From a virus: 64,000 nucleotides of DNA. Made by a program: the position numbers and the translations under genes. This document shows positions 39,507 to 46,728 of this stretch, in pieces. The notes beneath the pieces are model-generated. The model worked only from the letters and a program-made list of their open reading frames with translations. It searched no databases and had not been told where the DNA came from. Where the stretch lies: positions 1-64,000 of the IMG/VR virus record IMGVR_UViG_3300037483_000742, one strand, 5' to 3'. The stretch's first letter is position 1. The number at the start of each line of letters is the position of its first letter.

Positions 39507-39786
39507 TCATTTCTTTAAACTCTTTGTGTTGCTCTGGAGTAATTAAATTCTTTTCTAATCTTTCATCCAATTGACTCAATTCAAACATTGCTTTCTTAGG
39601 ATATACTTTGAACTTACCAAAGAATTTTAATTTTATTTGAGGTAGTTCTCCTGACTCCATTTGCTGTTTTGTATACAGCCAGGGTGTAGATACTATCTCT
39701 TTGAATTGTTCAAAAGAAAGATGAGGATATTCATCTTTCTTCTTTAAATAGAAAGCTTCAAATAATTCTGGATTACTGAACTCCAT
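39481..39786 (-). CDS. HU/IHF-like DNA-binding protein
   Basis: ELPQIKLKFFGKFKV beta-arm motif. Confidence 0.6.
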   Translation of the reverse strand: MEFSNPELFEAFYLKKKDEYPHLSFEQFKEIVSTPWLYTKQQMESGELPQIKLKFFGKFKVYPKKAMFELSQLDERLEKNLITPEQHKEFKEMIEKYLNIK

Positions 39787-40087
39787 TCTTTACGAATTTA
39801 GGATCATCAATAAATATGGTAGTACCATTTACTTTAAAACTTTTATTGTATTCCATTTTATGTTCAAATTTTAATCTTCTCATTATACCTCTAAGAAGAT
39901 TTGTTTGAACAGCAGAATGAGATTTCCAATCTGGATCAAGTATTAAAGTATTTCTATTCTTGGATTCAGAATTTAATCTTTCTATTTGTTTATTTGTAGG
40001 TACTTCAATAATACCTTCTGTAAAAAGAACTTGTATAGCATGATCTATAGTTCTTGTAGTTTTACCTGTCATTCTATTCTCTTCCAT
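39773..40087 (-). CDS. Small protein with an isolated terminase-like Walker A motif
   Basis: RMTGKTTRTIDHAIQVL at the N-terminus of a 104-aa protein. Confidence 0.5.
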   Translation of the reverse strand: MEENRMTGKTTRTIDHAIQVLFTEGIIEVPTNKQIERLNSESKNRNTLILDPDWKSHSAVQTNLLRGIMRRLKFEHKMEYNKSFKVNGTTIFIDDPKFVKNGVQ

Positions 40088-40089
40088 AG

Positions 40090-40719
40090 TTAAGTCATTT
40101 TATGTGGTTTTTCATTAGCATCTTCTTGATCTTCGTCTCCTTCAAAATCATCTTCTGGATTTATTTTTGCAGCTTGATGAAATGCATTATCTGGAGTAAC
40201 AGGATATTCTTGTTTATATTCTCTTGAAGATTTTGCATTTGGAACTACAAAATCTTCTTTGTTCAATTTTTCTTCTGCTAATTTATAAGCTTCTTCAGTT
40301 TGCTTATTAACTTGTTCTTGTAAAGGTTTCATTTTTTCTACAAGAGAAGTTTCTTCTACAGGTTTATATCCTATCTTAAATTCATATCCTTGTACATTAC
40401 TTTTAGGTAACATAAAATCTTTAATCTTTATTCTACCTGTAATTTTACTCTTAGATAAAAATCCTTTTTTTATCATTGATTTAAGATAATTACCTAAACC
40501 TCCTGCTGAAAGATTATGTTTCTGCATAACCTTTTTTCTAACTACACTATTAAATCTATCATCTTCAACTAGCTTTTCATCTACTGACATAAAGCTTGCC
40601 AAAATAAGTATCTCTTTTTCTGTTAACTTATTTGGAAGAAGAGGATTAATAATAGCAAGATGTAATTCATAGAACTCTAGTCTAGATTTACATGGTATTG
40701 CCTTTCTAATTACTTCCAT
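40090..40719 (-). CDS. Winged-helix DNA-binding protein (RepL-like)
   Basis: LTEKEILILASF..KKVMQKHNLSAGGLGNYLKSMIKKGFL helix-turn-helix pattern. Confidence 0.6.
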   Translation of the reverse strand: MEVIRKAIPCKSRLEFYELHLAIINPLLPNKLTEKEILILASFMSVDEKLVEDDRFNSVVRKKVMQKHNLSAGGLGNYLKSMIKKGFLSKSKITGRIKIKDFMLPKSNVQGYEFKIGYKPVEETSLVEKMKPLQEQVNKQTEEAYKLAEEKLNKEDFVVPNAKSSREYKQEYPVTPDNAFHQAAKINPEDDFEGDEDQEDANEKPHKMT

Positions 40720-41105
40720 TATTTCTCTAATTTTTCTACTTTCTCCATTTGAATTTCATGCATAACTTGTGATGGAGTTTTAACTTTTAATTTGTTAACA
40801 TATTCTATTAATGTTTTAAAATCTTCTAGTTTATACAACAAATTTCTACTGTAATAACTAGCACCATCTTTATTAACAAATTCTGCATAAACACAACTCA
40901 ATACTTGATCATTAAAGTACACTGTACCTTCATCATAGCCAACAACTCTTGTCAAATCTATAGCAGAAACTCCCATGTAATCTTTGGTGTGGTAAAAGTT
41001 TGGGTCTATACCTAAATCTGAAGCTTTTTCCAATGCAAAATTTATCTCTGAAACTTCAATAGAGTCTGCATAAATTGATTGAAATTCTACTATATATTTT
41101 TCCAT
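40719..41105 (-). CDS. Hypothetical protein, first gene of the late arm
   Basis: 128-aa ORF preceded by a TATATTTG element. Confidence 0.6.
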   Translation of the reverse strand: MEKYIVEFQSIYADSIEVSEINFALEKASDLGIDPNFYHTKDYMGVSAIDLTRVVGYDEGTVYFNDQVLSCVYAEFVNKDGASYYSRNLLYKLEDFKTLIEYVNKLKVKTPSQVMHEIQMEKVEKLEK

Positions 41106-41150
41106 AATTTTCTTTTAATTTACAATATTAAGAATTATTCTTAAACAATG

Positions 41151-41158
41151 CAAATATA
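41151..41158 (-). promoter_or_regulatory. -7 element TATATTTG at the head of the late arm
   Basis: About 45 nt upstream of ATG 41105. Confidence 0.6.
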
Positions 41159-41218
41159 ATCTTTAATATACCACCAGAAATAAAAAATAATTATTTTACA
41201 AAATATTTTTACAAAAGC

Positions 41219-41249
41219 TTGCAATTGTCATTTTTTTAGTATAACTTTG
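41219..41249 (+). promoter_or_regulatory. Complete Bacteroidota-type promoter TTG-N20-TAACTTTG
   Basis: TTG at 41219-41221 and TAACTTTG at 41242-41249. Confidence 0.7.
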
Positions 41250-41254
41250 CCAAG

Positions 41255-41426
41255 TCTTGACTGGTCAAGGACAGACAAGTAAATATAAAAGGGAGCAGTG
41301 TGTAGATATTCTATCTACTGAAGCCAAGTTTTCTTTGCTTACTTTCTTTTAGACTCTTGAAGACATAATTACTTGTGGGTGAGTAATTTATAGAAGTAAG
41401 AAGCTCTCTGTTCTGGAGGGCTTTTT
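41255..41426 (+). ncRNA. Candidate stand-alone small RNA (about 170 nt)
   Basis: Bounded by a promoter and a terminator, contains no ATG, has four hairpins/stems. Confidence 0.5.
41399..41426 (+). terminator. Intrinsic terminator
   Basis: AGAAGCTCTCT-gttct-GGAGGGCTTTTT. Confidence 0.7.
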
Positions 41427-41604
41427 GCATTATATATGGCAAAATGTAATACTGGTAAAAATTTTAGCCAGGGCATACTTCTTTTGGAAAAAATTTTTTG
41501 AGGAAAATTTATAAGAGTGTGATACTCCCTACACAAACACACCCCCTCACTTCACAGTTTTAAATACCCCCACCAAGTTTTAGTACTAACTAAATTTCCA
41601 AGCC

Positions 41605-41910
41605 ATGTATAAATTCAAAAAGAATCTCTTCCCAATGATCTTGTTGTTCCTGCTTGCTCTCTCTGCTGTGACACTGTTCTTGGTGTCAACACCAGTGCAA
41701 GATGTTTCTGGTATCATTGTGTCTCAGTCTGAGATGGAGGCAGCATTGCAAGATGCTTCTCAAACAATGTTGGTATTATGCATTGTTGTTGGCCTGTGTT
41801 ACATGCACAGTAGTGCAGTAGCCAAGCAAGTAAGGAAGCCTAAGAAGGCAGCACCTACTAAAGAAAGGCAAGTAGAAAGGCATGTGTCCTATATGGGCAT
41901 CAAAGTCTAA
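41605..41910 (+). CDS. Membrane protein with two hydrophobic segments, first early gene
   Basis: LFPMILLFLLALSAVTLFLV and MLVLCIVVGLCYM; basic tail. Confidence 0.6.
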   Translation: MYKFKKNLFPMILLFLLALSAVTLFLVSTPVQDVSGIIVSQSEMEAALQDASQTMLVLCIVVGLCYMHSSAVAKQVRKPKKAAPTKERQVERHVSYMGIKV

Positions 41911-42072
41911 CATGTCTGCAAAACCCCCTCTTATCTTTAGTAGTTCTACACCACATTTGGTACATATTCCCAGTGCAACAGTAAAGGGTACATCTGCTTG
42001 GCGAGGCCATTGCTGTTGCCGGAATATTCCAAAACCAATTCACCTATTTATTAACATCTAAAACCTTACAGC

Positions 42073-42144
42073 ATGAAGAAAGCAATGATCATCCACAATG
42101 GTTGCATTACACATCCTGATTGGCTCCACAATCCTAATGCATAA
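42073..42144 (+). CDS. 23-aa micropeptide MKKAMIIHNGCITHPDWLHNPNA
   Basis: A-rich leader; lies between motif copy 2 and a terminator. Confidence 0.4.
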   Translation: MKKAMIIHNGCITHPDWLHNPNA

Positions 42145-42153
42145 TTCCAACTG

Positions 42154-42190
42154 AAGCTGGCAACCTGAATGGTTGCTGGCTTTATCTTTA
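42154..42190 (+). terminator. Intrinsic terminator, family copy 1
   Basis: AAGCTGGCAACC-tgaat-GGTTGCTGGCTT followed by a T-rich tail. Confidence 0.65.
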
Positions 42191-42270
42191 TTTTTACCTA
42201 CCTGCAAAACCCCCTCTAAGTTTAGATATAAATCAATTTCACAAATTACTCACAATTAAATCAATTCATT

Positions 42271-42555
42271 ATGTTAGAATTAACCGTAGAGTCTTCAACC
42301 AAGACTAAAAATGACAACTTCTGCAACAAGTTGGTGTCAAAAACCATTGCCAAAGTAGAGACTGATTTTGGTACTGTTGAATCAGAGCGCACTGTAGCCT
42401 ATTACCTGTTCACCAACAAGGAGAACCCAAAAGGTATGAAGGCAAAGATGAACCTGGAGCTTTTCGATGTGGTAGAGAAATCTTACCCATTCATTGATGA
42501 GCAAGGAGAGGCGCAAGAAGCTACCTTGAAATACCTTTATCCTAAACGAGGATAA
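42271..42555 (+). CDS. Hypothetical early protein
   Basis: 94 aa with its own upstream motif and terminator. Confidence 0.65.
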   Translation: MLELTVESSTKTKNDNFCNKLVSKTIAKVETDFGTVESERTVAYYLFTNKENPKGMKAKMNLELFDVVEKSYPFIDEQGEAQEATLKYLYPKRG

Positions 42556-42563
42556 TTAGGATT

Positions 42564-42598
42564 GAGCCAGTGACCCATTAGGGTTGCTGGCTTTATTT
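42564..42598 (+). terminator. Intrinsic terminator, family copy 2
   Basis: GAGCCAGTGACCC-atta-GGGTTGCTGGCTT followed by a T-rich tail. Confidence 0.65.
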
Positions 42599-43013
42599 AA
42601 TCACTTAATATGTTAGCCAGCCCCAACATTGAAATATGATTAGGCTACAGGATTGAATATATTAATGAATCTTAAATTGAGTATGATATAATGAATAGGA
42701 TGAGCCAGGATCATTTGGCTCTCTGCTTAATTTGTATTACCTACAGGCAATACCCCCACTAATTTTAAGCTGTTAAACTTAGCAGAGATATGTTTAATGT
42801 ATTATATATTGATGAATTGAAATCAGTAAGATGTTTTTGATTGATTAAATGATTACATTAGCCGAAATTGATTAGGATTGAGAGATTAATTTAGTGTTCA
42901 TGATTGTGCCACTACACCTCATCAACCAAATTGATTCATTTTAGCCTTGCATAAAATATTAATCTATTACCAATATAGCCCTATTTTATTAATCCATTCT
43001 AAACTCCACATTT

Positions 43014-43454
43014 ATGAATACTTATATCTATCCACAATTTAAAGACTTACCTGCAACTCAAGTTGCATTAGATAAGATCGAAAAGCTTAAAGAAATTCAT
43101 CAATTAGCTATGGATGCTATTAAAGCAGAATTAAAAGTAGCAGAAGATAAATTCATTGCTGAAAGAGCTAAAAGAAGAGAAGAAGTTATTTGGGATTTCA
43201 CAATGTCAGAACCTACAATTAATGAGTTTGGAAAACATTATCATATTAGCAGAATGGCATTAAATCCATTAGCAGGAGATGATGAGTTTTATAAAACTAT
43301 TAATTATCAATCATTCAAAATTGTTAATAATGTATTCATAGCAACTGGAGGGGGATATATACTTCCAGTTAATTCAGGACACATATTAACTAAAGAAGAG
43401 ATTGATATGTTAGATAATAACATTGTACCTGAAGTTCTTAAAAGAACAAAATAA
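43014..43454 (+). CDS. Hypothetical protein
   Basis: 146-aa ORF followed by a terminator. Confidence 0.65.
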   Translation: MNTYIYPQFKDLPATQVALDKIEKLKEIHQLAMDAIKAELKVAEDKFIAERAKRREEVIWDFTMSEPTINEFGKHYHISRMALNPLAGDDEFYKTINYQSFKIVNNVFIATGGGYILPVNSGHILTKEEIDMLDNNIVPEVLKRTK

Positions 43455-43461
43455 AACTAAT

Positions 43462-43493
43462 AAGAATGGGAGCATAATAACTCCCATTCTTTT
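43462..43493 (+). terminator. Intrinsic terminator
   Basis: AAGAATGGGAG...CTCCCATTCTTTT. Confidence 0.7.
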
Positions 43494-43504
43494 ACACTAA
43501 TATT

Positions 43505-43654
43505 ATGGAAGAAGAGAGAGAAAAGAAAGAACTATTACAATCAATGTATAAAGTCCTATTAGCCTGGCAACTTGATGAAGAATGTTGTATTACTGAATAT
43601 AAAGCTTCAGTTGGAGCTATGGAAGATATTAAACAAGTATTTCAATTAACCTAA
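43505..43654 (+). CDS. 49-aa hypothetical protein (not in ORF track)
   Basis: MEEEREKKELLQSMYKVLLAWQLDEECC...FQLT*; fills the gap. Confidence 0.55.
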   Translation: MEEEREKKELLQSMYKVLLAWQLDEECCITEYKASVGAMEDIKQVFQLT

Positions 43655-43659
43655 CTATT

Positions 43660-44055
43660 ATGAACTTATCTAAAGCAATTAAAGTATTTGGGATATTGTA
43701 TATACTTATCTCCTTATTCAATTTAGGTGTAGTTATCATGTATGTTATTACAGACAATATGATTATTGCAATTCCTATAACTATTTGTTGGATCATCTTA
43801 ACAACAATCTTTGTTATATTCATACTAAATCAACCACCTATATTCAGATTCATAGGTAAGTATGATAATATTACAAGACCTCAATTACCTTATAAAAGAC
43901 CACTAACAGAAGATGAAATGATTACATTAAGAACCTATTATCCTGAATTTGGATGGACTACTCATGTTGATAACAGAGGACACATCCTATTAAATGGAGG
44001 AATGGATAATAGTGCAATACATTACACAACTCCTGAACACTTAGCAAAATATTAA
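43660..44055 (+). CDS. Membrane protein with two transmembrane segments
   Basis: Two hydrophobic N-terminal helices. Confidence 0.6.
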   Translation: MNLSKAIKVFGILYILISLFNLGVVIMYVITDNMIIAIPITICWIILTTIFVIFILNQPPIFRFIGKYDNITRPQLPYKRPLTEDEMITLRTYYPEFGWTTHVDNRGHILLNGGMDNSAIHYTTPEHLAKY

Positions 44056-44076
44056 CCCTTAAAAACATCCACAATT

Positions 44077-44391
44077 ATGGTAACAACAATTTTAGTATTA
44101 TGTGCATCCTTCATATTAGGTTGTATCTTAACTCTTGCATTTAGCTGGATATTCACACCACATAAAAATCATGTGAATCCTGCTTTATTTATGGTTCAAT
44201 CTGTATCATTTATGATTATTGCAATCTTAATGTATTATTGGCCTGAACAACAAGAAGCTCCTCTACCTTCAGATTACATTATCAATCTTGAACAAGATAG
44301 TGTTCATATTGATACAGAAGATGGAAGATGTTTGATGTTTCATGCAGACAGTATAGATATTGATGAATTTATTATTCAAGATAATCTCTAA
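44077..44391 (+). CDS. Membrane protein with two transmembrane segments
   Basis: Two hydrophobic helices and an acidic tail. Confidence 0.6.
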   Translation: MVTTILVLCASFILGCILTLAFSWIFTPHKNHVNPALFMVQSVSFMIIAILMYYWPEQQEAPLPSDYIINLEQDSVHIDTEDGRCLMFHADSIDIDEFIIQDNL

Positions 44392-45051
44392 ACCTATGAA
44401 AAAACCATCCCACAAAAAACAACCTTTATTACCAATAATCTTAAAACAATTATTGCTACTAAAGAAGAAACAACCATCTATAGGAAATATAGATATTCGT
44501 TTAGCAAGATCATTATCACTTTAAAATCCTAAACTCTTATCCAATTGCAGACGCATTAGCTAATTACTAATGATAATGGGTGTAAAGCTAAATGACTATC
44601 AACTTAGCTCAGATTCTGTATAATAGCCAGATTAAGGTGCAACCTTATAAGAGTTTATTTTTAATTTATCCACCTAAAACCTATCATCATGCAAATCCAC
44701 ATTGTATTTATCAATGTTCACGCATGTAGTGTCTTTCCTTCATTTTACCCTCAATCTTATATCTCCATATATAGTATTCTCGTAAGAGAAATTATACCAG
44801 TGTGGTGGGCATATCTTTTTCCAATTATCTACAAAATGATTGGAATTGGAGCCTGGGATTCAAGGTTAGTTCCTTGGATTCATGTATACAGTCAAGGTAT
44901 AAATACGGTAGCCTGAAAGTTAAAATATCAGATTTCTGAAGATTATGTATTCTGAAAACTAAATAAGCTCATTATGGATTTAACTCTAAATACACCGAGC
45001 TAGTATTTTAATGAATAAGAGACCTACATTGAACATAGTCAATCTTATAGA

Positions 45052-45095
45052 AAGGTTCCTGTTGCTCTAGATAGTAACAGGAACCTTGTTTTATT
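45052..45095 (+). terminator. 15-bp hairpin, probable terminator
   Basis: AAGGTTCCTGTTGCT-ctagat-AGTAACAGGAACCTT then GTTTTATT. Confidence 0.6.
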
Positions 45096-45114
45096 AACCC
45101 TCACAATCCAAAGT

Positions 45115-45507
45115 ATGAAAAGACCTAACATCAAAGTATACTATTGTATTACTAGACATGGTATTATTCAATTTCCTAAAGAATTAGCATCAAGTAATCA
45201 ATGTGTAATTGAAGGTCATGATAAATACTATTACACCTGTAAAATCCACACCGACAATAAAAAATTAGATTCACAAGGATTCATTATTGATCATAATGAT
45301 ATTGATTCAACAATCACTAAAGAACTTATCAGAAAGCAATTCACAGGTTCATGTGAATTGATGGCTGAAGCAATGATTGCTTTAGTTATCAAAATGCTCA
45401 AAAAGAAAAAGCAAAGATTCAAATCTATTGAAATTATCTTAAAAGGTAAACTTAATGATAGTCCTGCTTTTATTACAGCAAACTACATCAATAAAAACTT
45501 TAAATAA
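45115..45507 (+). CDS. QueD / 6-pyruvoyl-tetrahydropterin synthase-like T-fold protein, divergent
   Basis: CVIEGHDKYYY, LDSQGFIIDH and SCELMAEAM parallel the QueD CxxxHGHxY, GxxxDF and TxExxA motifs. Confidence 0.55.
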   Translation: MKRPNIKVYYCITRHGIIQFPKELASSNQCVIEGHDKYYYTCKIHTDNKKLDSQGFIIDHNDIDSTITKELIRKQFTGSCELMAEAMIALVIKMLKKKKQRFKSIEIILKGKLNDSPAFITANYINKNFK

Positions 45508-45514
45508 AAACGTT

Positions 45515-46195
45515 ATGACAACTAAAGCGAACAGCACAGTAAGTCTAAAAACATCTCAAGGAGATGTAAGAGTCAAAAAAGGAAAACTAATACTTATTAA
45601 AAAAGATTTATTTCCTGAAATAGGTATGATTGGTAGTAATGAAGTTCATCCATTATTTATATGGACCAACCAACACAAACAAAATTGTTTGAAATTAGTT
45701 GAATACAAACATTCTCAATTAATGTTAACAATTATCATATCTGAAACAGATCAGATTGAAAATGGTCACATGATGTGGGATTCTATCAATAATCATATTG
45801 TGAAATGCACTGATGCAGAACTGAAAGAAAATGTTTTATCTGATGAGACAAGAATGGCTTATCATAGAAGTTCTACATTCAAAATATTAGCAATGCCTAC
45901 AAACTTTTCACCTAAACAATTACAAGCAATTGTAGATGGTAAGATGAAAAATGGTGATGAAGTATACGTTCAATGTAAGAGAGTAGGTTATCAGCATATG
46001 TCAGCAGATTTTGTTGACCTGGATTCTAACAATCATATTACTCTTCATAAAGTTGAACAAAAAATGTATACTAAAGAAGAAATTGAATCTAAATGCAAAG
46101 ACTATCTAAATGCTTATCTTGCAAATATAGCAGGTAATAAGTCTACAATAATTGATACATTCAACAGTGATGAATGGTTTCAAAAACATCTATAA
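45515..46195 (+). CDS. Hypothetical protein
   Basis: Likely start at MTTKANS rather than 45455; C-terminal KMYTKEEI..FNSDEWF tail. Confidence 0.6.
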   Translation: MTTKANSTVSLKTSQGDVRVKKGKLILIKKDLFPEIGMIGSNEVHPLFIWTNQHKQNCLKLVEYKHSQLMLTIIISETDQIENGHMMWDSINNHIVKCTDAELKENVLSDETRMAYHRSSTFKILAMPTNFSPKQLQAIVDGKMKNGDEVYVQCKRVGYQHMSADFVDLDSNNHITLHKVEQKMYTKEEIESKCKDYLNAYLANIAGNKSTIIDTFNSDEWFQKHL

Positions 46196-46470
46196 AAATA
46201 TTCCCATAAGCTTTGCGAATCTGATGAAGGTACTGAAGCAACGAGGGCTAACTCGGAGAACCTGAATTAACAGGATGGGTGTATCATTTAATTACAATAA
46301 CAGGTGTCACATTCCAGCCCTGAAAGAATCCATTTGAAGCTATGGATAAATACATGGACTGCCTTCTATGTATTGAATGATAAGTTAAACTAAAAGCCTT
46401 TAATGCTTATCAATTTTAAGACTAACAGTGTAGAGCTTATTGTAATTGAATAACCTTTAAAAATTTAATT

Positions 46471-46728
46471 ATGCAATGCAAACATATACCTGACAAACCA
46501 ATATTAGAGTTTCTGTTACAACATAAACCTAAATGGTGTAATTGGTATTTCGGAGATGAAAGAGATGTACATAAAGCAATGCCAGAAAATATTCCAAATA
46601 AACTTGTTATTAATAAAATGAGACAACTTATAAGAAGAGGAATAGTTACAGGATGTGGTTGCGGATGTAGAGGAGACTTTGAAATAACACCAAAAGGTGA
46701 AGAATTACTTAAAACTTTGGTCTCATAG
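46471..46728 (+). CDS. Winged-helix-like protein with GCGCGCRGDF motif
   Basis: KMRQLIRRGIVTGCGCGCRGDFEITPKG; its stop codon lies inside tRNA-Arg. Confidence 0.6.
   Translation: MQCKHIPDKPILEFLLQHKPKWCNWYFGDERDVHKAMPENIPNKLVINKMRQLIRRGIVTGCGCGCRGDFEITPKGEELLKTLVS

Larger units (their letters stand above)
41563..42769 (+). repeat. Four copies of (GC)AAWACCCCCWC..TTWAG, candidate phage early promoters
   Basis: Copies at 41563-41583, 41916-41940, 42202-42225 and 42746-42769, all intergenic and in the same orientation. Confidence 0.7.

Noticed and set aside
41563-42769. CRISPR mini-array, with the 19109 nuclease as Cas4
   Set aside because: Repeats are degenerate and irregularly spaced with genes between them; the nuclease lacks the four-Cys cluster and sits in the tail block
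44689-44916. 75-aa ORF as a confident protein
   Set aside because: Composition is atypical and its 3' two-thirds coincide with a run of hairpins; left uncalled, though not excluded
45040-45114. preQ1 riboswitch before the QueD-like gene
   Set aside because: GGTTC is part of a long hairpin, and the A-rich tail and pseudoknot are absent
46221-46330. Hammerhead ribozyme suggested by CTGATGA...GAAA
   Set aside because: I could not build stems I and III around the core, and the nearest stem II ends in GAAT
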